From assembly GCA_964652655.1 (NCBI GenBank), contig CAZZDN010000001.1:1-44202 (forward strand): 44,202 bases of DNA, written 5' to 3'. Under the pieces are notes generated by a model. That model worked only from the letters and a program-made list of their open reading frames with translations, made no database searches and was not told the origin of the DNA. Positions within the stretch are counted from its first letter, which is position 1. Every line of letters begins with the position of its first letter. The translations under genes and the position numbers were made by a program. Positions 10,522 through 18,514 of this stretch are shown in pieces. This DNA is from an uncultured Methylotenera sp. GTDB lineage: Bacteria > Pseudomonadota > Gammaproteobacteria > Burkholderiales > Methylophilaceae.

Positions 10522-10647
10522 TTAGTTAGATGTTGATGGTTGAGGGTATGCACGCTCTGGTATATATAGCGGGCCTTTGGTGCCGCAACCAACTAAAACT
10601 AGTTGAGCGACCAGGAGTAACATCATTTTTTTTGTAAGTAGATTCAT
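10522..10647 (-). CDS. lptM: Small lipoprotein LptM/YifL (LPS translocon maturation), 41 aa, absent from the ORF track
   Basis: Manual translation: MNLLTKKMMLLLVAQLVLVGCGTKGPLYIPERAYPQPSTSN*. It has the lipobox LVGC, the family motif CGxKGPLYxP, and the usual position just upstream of lysA/dapF-type genes. Confidence 0.88.
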   Translation of the reverse strand: MNLLTKKMMLLLVAQLVLVGCGTKGPLYIPERAYPQPSTSN

Positions 10648-10770
10648 CAATATTGTGTGTGGTGATGTTGAATAAAATTGCAATCACTAACAGTATTTTA
10701 TAATTCAAACCATTCTATCATTTTTTATAAGCTTTAATGATAAGCTAATGTTGTAAAACAATAATTAGTA

Positions 10771-10804
10771 ACCGTTTATTCGGTGAAATTTACCGACTGT
10801 CGGT
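10771..10804 (+). promoter_or_regulatory. Paired ACCG-N5/6-CGGT boxes upstream of the minor pilin operon; candidate LytTR (AlgR-like) binding sites
   Basis: accgtttattcggt (10771-10784) and accgactgtcggt (10792-10804) start 21 bp apart, about 60 bp before the pilE start. Confidence 0.5.
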
Positions 10805-10865
10805 TGCTTGTAGACACAGATTAACGTCAGTAGCATGATGCAATTTAAGTAAAAGGGGAATTGGT

Positions 10866-11318
10866 ATGGTTAATATAAAAATAATTGAATGCAATCAGCA
10901 TTTCAAATCAAAAGGCTTCACGTTAATAGAGATTATGGTTGTAGTCGCTATTATTGGCATATTGAGCTCTATAGCTATTCCCAGTTATCAAGATTACGTA
11001 ATACGTGCAAATTTGGTGGATGCGACAAATACCCTTTTATCAACAAGGGCCAGAATGGAGCAGCACTTTCAGGATAACCGCAGTTACCAGACAGTGGGTG
11101 CTTTCACATCGCCATGTACCACAGTTCCTAACGCTGGAAAGTTTAGTTTTGCTTGTTCAAATGTAACCCCCTCTACCTATACCATTACTGCGACAGGTAG
11201 CGGAATTGTTTCTGCCTTTAGATATAGTATCAATGAGCAAAATCTGCAGGTGACGATTTCTACTAAATGGGGCAATTCAGGTAATTGCTGGCTAACTAAT
11301 AAAGACGCTTCCTGCTAG
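10866..11318 (+). CDS. pilE: Type IV minor pilin PilE-like
   Basis: Prepilin site KG|FTLIE, IAIPSYQDYVIRA, MEQHFQDNRSY, YTITAT and C-terminal cysteines. Confidence 0.88.
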   Translation: MVNIKIIECNQHFKSKGFTLIEIMVVVAIIGILSSIAIPSYQDYVIRANLVDATNTLLSTRARMEQHFQDNRSYQTVGAFTSPCTTVPNAGKFSFACSNVTPSTYTITATGSGIVSAFRYSINEQNLQVTISTKWGNSGNCWLTNKDASC

Positions 11319-11329
11319 GCGGTTTAATT

Positions 11330-11872
11330 ATGCAAAATATTAGAAAATTTTCTGGATTTTCGCTAATTGAGCTAATGATTGGTATTTTGGTACTGAGTGT
11401 TATCGCTGCTGTTGGTATTCCCAATTTCTCAAATTGGGTGCAAGACACTAAAACTAGAACAGCAGCGGAGTCTTTGCAAACTGGTATTAGGCTTGCGCAG
11501 GCAGAGGCAGTTAATAGTGGGCGGCAGGTAGTTTTTTTTATTACAGATACAGAGCCTACCATTGACGCTGTAGCTACTACAGTTGGTAGTAATTGGGGTA
11601 TTAGGTCTATTAAATTAGCGCAAAACGAGCCTGAGAAATTTATACAAGGTGCTGTTTTGGATGGGCAGACTGGTGATGTGGTGGTGACTGCGTCTAGTGC
11701 AGAGCTCAGATTTAACTCAATCGGTCGGTTGACCAATACTGCGAGTCGAGTTACTTTCGACGTTAGAAATTCAAAAGGCTCTAGGCGTCTAAATGTTGTA
11801 GTTTCAAATTCAGGTAGTGTCAGAATGTGTGATCCCGATAAAAGTATCGCAACAGCTGCAGATGGGTGTTGA
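11330..11872 (+). CDS. fimT: GspH/FimT-family minor pilin (FimT/FimU)
   Basis: SG|FSLIE, RLAQAEAV, LRFNSIGR and GSVRMCDP. Confidence 0.82.
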   Translation: MQNIRKFSGFSLIELMIGILVLSVIAAVGIPNFSNWVQDTKTRTAAESLQTGIRLAQAEAVNSGRQVVFFITDTEPTIDAVATTVGSNWGIRSIKLAQNEPEKFIQGAVLDGQTGDVVVTASSAELRFNSIGRLTNTASRVTFDVRNSKGSRRLNVVVSNSGSVRMCDPDKSIATAADGC

Positions 11873-11873
11873 T

Positions 11874-12266
11874 ATGAACAGTAGAAAATATGGCTCAGGT
11901 ATTGTGCTTCTTGAAGTGTTGATTTCTATGCTCTTGTTTTCTTTTGGAGTCTTAGGAATGGTCGGCCTTCAGATTGTTGCAACGCAAAACTCAGTGAACT
12001 CTCAGGATAGAGCGATTGCTTCGATTTTAGCTAATGATATGGTTGCACTCATGTGGATTAAAAAAAGCGACTCTATCAACAAGCCGACAATTACAAATGA
12101 TATTACTTTGTGGAAAAGCAAGGTAGAGAACTCTAGTTTATCTAATGCACTAGGTGAGGTAACTCAAGTGGGTGATGTCATCACTGTGACTATTAGCTGG
12201 AAAGCGCCAACAAAAACTTCGAGTGATAATCGTAATAAATATGAAACTAATGTTGTTATCCAATGA
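11874..12266 (+). CDS. pilV: Type IV pilus modification pilin PilV
   Basis: SG|IVLLEVLISMLLFSFGVLGMVGLQ, ASILANDM and ITVTISW. Start set at ATG 11874. Confidence 0.85.
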   Translation: MNSRKYGSGIVLLEVLISMLLFSFGVLGMVGLQIVATQNSVNSQDRAIASILANDMVALMWIKKSDSINKPTITNDITLWKSKVENSSLSNALGEVTQVGDVITVTISWKAPTKTSSDNRNKYETNVVIQ

Positions 12267-12303
12267 TGAAACATTGGCTTGGTACTTATTAGGAATTATT
12301 TAA

Positions 12304-13476
12304 ATGAAAACACTGCCTCTAAACTTTGGTAAATACAAGCATAACGGATTCTCGTTAGTAGAACTGATGGTTGGTTTGATCATAGGGCTCCTAATGTCGT
12401 TGGCTATTTACACTGTTTTTAATGTTAGCGAGAGTAAAAAAAGAACTACGGTTTCTCTCAATGATATTAACCAGTCTGGTAGTTATGCTTTATATCAGCT
12501 AGATAAATTACTAAGAAGTTCGGGTAGTGGTTTCACTGGTGGCAGTGTCAAGGTTGGTGCTGATTATACCTATGGGTGTCGACTTGATATGGCAAGGGGC
12601 GGAGCCCAGCTTACGCCTTCAGCAGGATTTCCATCACCATTTAGTGCTGTCAATGCAACAATTAGAGTGGCCCCTGTGATTATTTACGATGGTGCGGCGG
12701 GTGCTGGGGGGGATGTGATTATTTCAATGTCTGGGAGTGCTGGGCTTGGTGAATCCCCAACCAGCTTTTCTGCGCTCCCATCGGCTTCTATTTTGAACTT
12801 AACTAATCACGCAGGTGTGCGTGCTAACGATATTGTGTTGCTTGCGGATAAGCTAGGTGCGAATATTCTGCCATGCCTCATTCAGCAAGTGTCGCCTAGC
12901 TTTGTTCAGCAAAAAGGAGGTAGTGCCGTTAATCTTTCAGGCCTATATGCCGCAGCGACTGTGAACTCTCGTTCCGTCACAGATTACATAGAAACTACTC
13001 AGGTTATTAATCTTGGTACTAGCCCTAGTTTCAATATGTTTGCTGTAGGTGCAAATAACACGCTGATGAAATATGACCTTATGCAACCTGTTGCCAATGA
13101 CCCCGCGTTAGCAAATCCGAATCCCAGTTTATATGTTGATGGCATATACCAAATGCATGCTATCTATGGTGTAGATAATGATGGGGATGCGGCAGTTGCA
13201 TCATTAACATGGGTTGCGCCAACAGGTATTTACGCTGCGGATAATTTGTTGAATGGTTCTATTGCGGCTAATACAAATATTAAAACAATCAAAGCAGTCA
13301 AAATTGGTTTGATTGTTAGAACTGCTTTGCTAGAAAAAGAGGTAGTCAGTAACCCTACCGTCAGGCTTTTTCAGGATACTGCTATTCCAGTAACGGTTAA
13401 TCTTGCAGATACAAAGTATCGCTACAATACTTTTGAAGCAACAATTCCAATTCGCAATACACTGATTCTAAAGTAG
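12304..13476 (+). CDS. pilW: Type IV pilus assembly pilin PilW
   Basis: NG|FSLVELMVGL, YGVDNDGD, AVKIGLIVR and the C-terminal YRY..FEATIPIRN. Confidence 0.85.
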   Translation: MKTLPLNFGKYKHNGFSLVELMVGLIIGLLMSLAIYTVFNVSESKKRTTVSLNDINQSGSYALYQLDKLLRSSGSGFTGGSVKVGADYTYGCRLDMARGGAQLTPSAGFPSPFSAVNATIRVAPVIIYDGAAGAGGDVIISMSGSAGLGESPTSFSALPSASILNLTNHAGVRANDIVLLADKLGANILPCLIQQVSPSFVQQKGGSAVNLSGLYAAATVNSRSVTDYIETTQVINLGTSPSFNMFAVGANNTLMKYDLMQPVANDPALANPNPSLYVDGIYQMHAIYGVDNDGDAAVASLTWVAPTGIYAADNLLNGSIAANTNIKTIKAVKIGLIVRTALLEKEVVSNPTVRLFQDTAIPVTVNLADTKYRYNTFEATIPIRNTLILK

Positions 13477-13511
13477 AAAAACTCACGATTGATAATATTA
13501 ATGCGTTGATT

Positions 13512-14123
13512 ATGAAAAACTTTAAAAAAATTAAACGGCCTCTCCCAAACAAGCAGTCAGGTGTCATTCTCTTTATTACACTTGTTGCGTTGGTTGTAAT
13601 GCTAATCGCAAGCGTTGCATTGATTCGATCAACAGATACGAATTTATTGGTATCTGGTAGTTTAGCTTTTAAAAAAGACGTCATTAATCAAGCTGAAAGA
13701 ACGATGCCTGTGATTAGAGACAAATTCTTAATTGGTAGTATGTCCAGTGGCACCTCAAAACAAGTAGATCGTATCGCTAGCGATAATTATTACGCAACAA
13801 TCCTTCCAAGCAGCAATCAGGGAATACCTAATATTTTGCTCAATACAGCAAATTTCGATGCTGCGATGCCTAGTAATAATATTGTTTACACTGCTGGCGG
13901 CATCACTATTCGCTACGTCATTGATAGGATGTGTGTCACTGGAACGGTTGAAGTATCCGCTGGTAGTTGTACGATTAGTAAACCAGGAACAGATTTCGGT
14001 GGGGATGTTTTTAACATTGAAAATAAACTGACAGGTGAAGATGGTGTTGTTTATAGAATCAGTTTAAGGGCAACAGGACCTAAAAATACAGAGGCTTTCT
14101 TACAGTCTACTTTTACAATTTAA
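13512..14123 (+). CDS. pilX: Type IV pilus assembly pilin PilX
   Basis: QSG|VILFITL lacks Glu5, as is typical of PilX. Also IRYVIDRMC and YRISLRATGPKNT..FLQS. Lies between pilW and pilY1. Confidence 0.85.
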   Translation: MKNFKKIKRPLPNKQSGVILFITLVALVVMLIASVALIRSTDTNLLVSGSLAFKKDVINQAERTMPVIRDKFLIGSMSSGTSKQVDRIASDNYYATILPSSNQGIPNILLNTANFDAAMPSNNIVYTAGGITIRYVIDRMCVTGTVEVSAGSCTISKPGTDFGGDVFNIENKLTGEDGVVYRISLRATGPKNTEAFLQSTFTI

Positions 14124-14145
14124 GTGATGCGATAACGAGAATATT

Positions 14146-17100
14146 ATGCTGAATACCATTAAAAAGTATGTATTGTTAATCATTACCTTTTTCCCACTTG
14201 CTTCATGGTCTGCAACTGACTTGGCAGATAAGCCATTACTTACAGGAAACTCGGTGTCAGGGAATGTTGCAATTACTATTTCTGCAGAGTTTCCTACTGC
14301 AGTGGGATCCTCTTATCGTGGGGCATACAACAATGCAATTGACTATATAGGATATTTCGATAATAAAAAATGCTACCGCTATCGTGGTAATGCAACTAAC
14401 TCAGAGTTGCGATATTTTGAGCCAATCGGTCTTGCTAATAATCATCAATGTACAGATTTGTGGAGCGGTAATTTTCTTAACTATGCATTGACTCAAACCA
14501 TTGATCCACTCAGAAAAGCTTTAACTGGTGGTCATAGGAGTATTGATACCGCTACGATGACCGTTTTAGAGAAGGCATATGCTTCCCAGAATGGTTCAGG
14601 GACAAATAGCCCATCAATCGGAGCTAATGCTACTGCCTACACCCCGTTTCCATGGAATTCTGTGAATGTAAGAATTAGTGCATTGGGTAAGAAGTTCCGT
14701 ATTACGCGGAGTGGAGATCTCAATAATGCTGGAACGGAAATTGGCACAGCGACTAATCCTGACATTCCTGATAATGTTAACAATGCGAATGTTTATGAGT
14801 TTTACGCACGTGCTCAAGTTTGTGTCGCTGGGATGCTTGAAGAGAACTGTACTCAATACGGAAGCAACTATAAACCAACAGGATTGATACAAAAAAACTC
14901 AAAAAAACTCAACTTTGCGGCTCTAGGATATTTAAACCATAATATAAGAGAGCGTGATGGTGGTGTCTTAAGAGCTGCTATGAGGCCTTTAGGGCCTTTG
15001 GTGGCAAATCCAGGTTCTACAGACGTTGCTAACCCTAACCCAGAATGGGATTCAAGTACGGGAGTGTTTTATCAAAATCCCCAGCCGGCTTTTGCAGCCG
15101 CGAGTGGTGTGGATAACAGTGGTGTTATTAATTATTTAAATAAGTTTGGTTTAACGTCATCCTCATATAAGACATATGACTCTGTAAGTGAGTTGGTTTA
15201 CGCAGCTAGTCGGTATTATCGAAATAAGGGGAATGTCGCGAGTTATACAAATAATTTGACTAATCAAATGATTGATGGATTTCCAGTGATTACTAATTGG
15301 GATGATCCAGTAAAATACTCTTGCCAAGCTAATTTTATTATAGGTATTGGTGATACTAATACTTGGGATGATGCTAACCTGCCTGGCAGTACATCACGTG
15401 GGGGTAATGAGCCAGCCATACCTGCGGAAGTTATTGCAGATCTTGGCAATGGTGATATGTCGGCCGCTGCGACTGCGGTAGTTAATAACTTGAATGTGGC
15501 AACGGCTACTAACAGAGTTGGAGATATACAGGGAACTCCCAATCCTTTGAGTAATTTTAATACTGGTGCAGGCAACGCACGCTATTACATGGCAGGCATT
15601 GCTTATGATTTACACGTGCGTGATATGCGACCTGATTTTTCTGGTAAGCAAACTGTGACAACGTATTGGCTAGATGTGCTTGAGTCTGGATTTAGAAATG
15701 ATGGTGGGAATCGTTTTAATCAGTTTTACTTAACGGCAAAATTCGGTGGTTTTGATGTCCCTACCGGCTATGAGCCTTATACTGGTGTAGCAGCCCCCCT
15801 AGCTACCTCAACATGGGATAAAAATGGGGATGGAGACCCCGATAATTATTTTAGGGCAAATAACCCTGCTGCCATGATTGCTGGTCTTGATAGTGCGTTT
15901 GCAGATATTTTGAGTAAACTGTCGGGATCTTCAAATACATTAGCTGTCCCTAGCCCTTCAATTCAAAGTGGGTCGATGAGTTTTGCCACGAGTTATAGTG
16001 CCGATACTTGGTCTGGTAATGTGATAGGCAATACGGTTACATTTAGTAATGGTGCCCCAGTTGAAACGGTTGCATGGAACGCATCTGATAAACTGAATAC
16101 ACAAGCAGCAGGTACTGGGTGGAGTACTGGTAGATATATCGCAACTTCTGTATGTAGCAATGGTGCTTCTGGCACAAAAAACTGCACTGGTACACCATTT
16201 AGGCCAGGTAATCTGACATCGTTGATGTCTAACTTTGCGTTTAATACAACCACTTCAAACGCAACAGATCAAACGAATATTATTAATTTCATAAGAGGCG
16301 ACGCAAGTAACACAGGGGCTTTAGGTGCCGCAAATCTTAGAAAACGTACTCATATATTAGGCGACATTGTAAACTCTAAAGTAGTCGCTATTGGCCCACC
16401 TCGTTCAACCTATAGTGATACTTTTAATCCCGGATACAGTAACTTTATGGAGGTGAATAAAACGCGTCCGACTGTTGCTTATGTGGGTGCTAATGATGGT
16501 ATGTTGCATGCATTTAACGGAGCTGCAAATGGCGGTAATGAGTTGTTTGCATATATCCCTAATGCACTTATTCAAGGGCCTACAAATACGCCCTCTGATA
16601 ATGGGCTGGCAGCTTTAGCTAATCCTTCTTATAACCATAGATATTTTGTTAACTCAACACCTTATGTGAAAGATGTAAATTTTGGAGGTGGTGATAATGA
16701 TTGGCATACGATTTTAATTGGTGGTTTGGGTAAAGGGGGTAAATCCTATTATGCTCTAGACGTTACTAATCCGAGTGCGATGTCAAATGAGGCTAATTTA
16801 TCGACAAAAGTACTGTGGGAATTTTCTCATGAGGACTTAGGTTACACCTACGGAAGACCTTTAGTTGTGAAGACTAAAAAGTATGGTTGGACTGTGATTT
16901 TTGGATCAGGATACAATAATACAGATGGTAAAGGTTATTTTTTCTTGGTTAATCCAAAAACTGGCGAATTGTTAGAAAAAATAGCGACTGGTTCTGGATC
17001 AACACTTAATGATGCAGGCTTGGCACACGTTTCCGCATTTGTTGCAGACCAGCGCTCATTTGAAACAGATGCAGCGTATGCAGGCGATTTGTTAGGTAAT

Positions 17101-17829
17101 GTATGGCGTTTGGATTTATCTACTGCAGGGCCGACACCAGCACCAATCAAAATAGCAGCTTTTGGTGCTAGTCAGCCGATTACTGTTTCACCTGTTATTG
17201 AGGTAGAGACAAGTACATTAAAAAGATATGTATTTGTTGGTACAGGGCGTATCCTCGCGGATAGTGATGCAAATAACACTCAAGAGCAGGCTCTTTATGC
17301 AATATTAGATGGGACACAAAGTAAGCCATTTACATCTTCAACTTTACCATCTGGGGTATCTTATCCAATTGGGCCGAGTGTCATGGTCGATAATACCAAT
17401 AGTCTGACCTCTGGAGGAGCGACTGCAACGGCTTCCCAGCCTATGGGTTACTATATAAAACTAGGAAATTCAGGTGGTGCACCTTACCGATTTAATATCG
17501 ATATGGCTAGCTCTACAGGCGTGCTCGTTTTTGTAGTCAACTCACTCAATGCTAATGACCCTTGTTCTCCAAAAGGTGATAATAAGACTTATGCAATTTC
17601 CTATGGAACGGGTAGATCAGTACTGTTGAATATTAACAATACGGTTGTCCCGAATATAGTAGGTAAGGGTCTTGCTACCTCAGTTTCATTTTTTAGAGAG
17701 TATGGAACTAAAGATGTCAGAATTAACATCAGTAATGACGTGGGGGAAAGTTCAAATACGAAAATTGACACTTCCGGTGCGATGGGCTTTCAGCAGTTAA
17801 ACTGGCGAGAGCTACCGACATCTGATTAG
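14146..17829 (+). CDS. pilY1: Type IV pilus tip adhesin PilY1/PilC
   Basis: Signal peptide, YIGYFDNKKCY, WSGNFLN, and a C-terminal beta-propeller (LGDIVNS, YVGANDGMLHAF, ELFAYIP, YYALDVT, GSGYN, YAGDLLGNVWRLDL, VFVGTGR, NWREL). 1227 aa. Confidence 0.92.
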   Translation: MLNTIKKYVLLIITFFPLASWSATDLADKPLLTGNSVSGNVAITISAEFPTAVGSSYRGAYNNAIDYIGYFDNKKCYRYRGNATNSELRYFEPIGLANNHQCTDLWSGNFLNYALTQTIDPLRKALTGGHRSIDTATMTVLEKAYASQNGSGTNSPSIGANATAYTPFPWNSVNVRISALGKKFRITRSGDLNNAGTEIGTATNPDIPDNVNNANVYEFYARAQVCVAGMLEENCTQYGSNYKPTGLIQKNSKKLNFAALGYLNHNIRERDGGVLRAAMRPLGPLVANPGSTDVANPNPEWDSSTGVFYQNPQPAFAAASGVDNSGVINYLNKFGLTSSSYKTYDSVSELVYAASRYYRNKGNVASYTNNLTNQMIDGFPVITNWDDPVKYSCQANFIIGIGDTNTWDDANLPGSTSRGGNEPAIPAEVIADLGNGDMSAAATAVVNNLNVATATNRVGDIQGTPNPLSNFNTGAGNARYYMAGIAYDLHVRDMRPDFSGKQTVTTYWLDVLESGFRNDGGNRFNQFYLTAKFGGFDVPTGYEPYTGVAAPLATSTWDKNGDGDPDNYFRANNPAAMIAGLDSAFADILSKLSGSSNTLAVPSPSIQSGSMSFATSYSADTWSGNVIGNTVTFSNGAPVETVAWNASDKLNTQAAGTGWSTGRYIATSVCSNGASGTKNCTGTPFRPGNLTSLMSNFAFNTTTSNATDQTNIINFIRGDASNTGALGAANLRKRTHILGDIVNSKVVAIGPPRSTYSDTFNPGYSNFMEVNKTRPTVAYVGANDGMLHAFNGAANGGNELFAYIPNALIQGPTNTPSDNGLAALANPSYNHRYFVNSTPYVKDVNFGGGDNDWHTILIGGLGKGGKSYYALDVTNPSAMSNEANLSTKVLWEFSHEDLGYTYGRPLVVKTKKYGWTVIFGSGYNNTDGKGYFFLVNPKTGELLEKIATGSGSTLNDAGLAHVSAFVADQRSFETDAAYAGDLLGNVWRLDLSTAGPTPAPIKIAAFGASQPITVSPVIEVETSTLKRYVFVGTGRILADSDANNTQEQALYAILDGTQSKPFTSSTLPSGVSYPIGPSVMVDNTNSLTSGGATATASQPMGYYIKLGNSGGAPYRFNIDMASSTGVLVFVVNSLNANDPCSPKGDNKTYAISYGTGRSVLLNINNTVVPNIVGKGLATSVSFFREYGTKDVRINISNDVGESSNTKIDTSGAMGFQQLNWRELPTSD

Positions 17830-17839
17830 TTAGTATTGA

Positions 17840-18496
17840 ATGATTAGAAATGCATTGTTTTTATCAATATTAGCGCATTTAATATTAATTTATAGTTTAA
17901 ATGCGCTGAATATTAATGCAGATAAATTATCTATAAACAATACGATTAGTTCTGATTTGGGTCATGTATTGAATGTGCGATTGAATGTAGTGAAAGAAAT
18001 CCATGCTGAGCATGAAGTCGCAAAAAAAGTTAATGTTGAAAAAGACAGGCTAAATCAAGACCAGCCACTTAGATTACAGGCCCACGCTAATAACATTAAG
18101 TCAGTGACTAAAAAAAAACAATTAGGCACTGATTTGTTGTCATCGTTAGGTACTGGTATATCACATGATACGAGCGTCCAGAATGAAGCCTTTTCATTTG
18201 ATAGTTACCTTAAGCCAACCGATGTGGATATGTCGATTATTCCGCTCTATGCCTTACGATTCAATAATGACATAGAAACAGTTTCTGGACCTGCCGGTGT
18301 GCCTATATATTTAAGGATATTTGTTGACCAGCATGGCGTTGTAAAAAAGGTATTGAGTTTAGAGGAGTTGCCAGTTCAATTGAGTGATTACAAGAAAATA
18401 GTTACGAATATTGAACAAACGCAGTTTATCCCAGCCAAGAAAAACGGTGTTGCTGTCAATAGCTACATTGACGTTACGTTAGAGCCGCCTAACTAG
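17840..18496 (+). CDS. TonB-like protein (N-terminal SxxxH TM anchor and C-terminal TonB_C-like domain)
   Basis: FLSILAHLILI helix; C-terminal IYLRIFVDQHGVV...FIPAKKNGVAVNSYIDV. Starts 10 bp after the pilY1 stop and is very AT-rich. Confidence 0.6.
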   Translation: MIRNALFLSILAHLILIYSLNALNINADKLSINNTISSDLGHVLNVRLNVVKEIHAEHEVAKKVNVEKDRLNQDQPLRLQAHANNIKSVTKKKQLGTDLLSSLGTGISHDTSVQNEAFSFDSYLKPTDVDMSIIPLYALRFNNDIETVSGPAGVPIYLRIFVDQHGVVKKVLSLEELPVQLSDYKKIVTNIEQTQFIPAKKNGVAVNSYIDVTLEPPN

Positions 18497-18514
18497 TGGA
18501 GATTTAACTTGTAG

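Noticed and set aside
10526-10708. 60-aa minus-strand ORF in the ORF track
   Set aside because: It has no recognisable motif and overlaps, in another frame, the convincing LptM lipoprotein ORF at 10522-10647.
10709-18514. Pilin cassette as a mobile element or genomic island
   Set aside because: No integrase, transposase, tRNA or flanking direct repeats were seen, so it is treated only as a variable locus.
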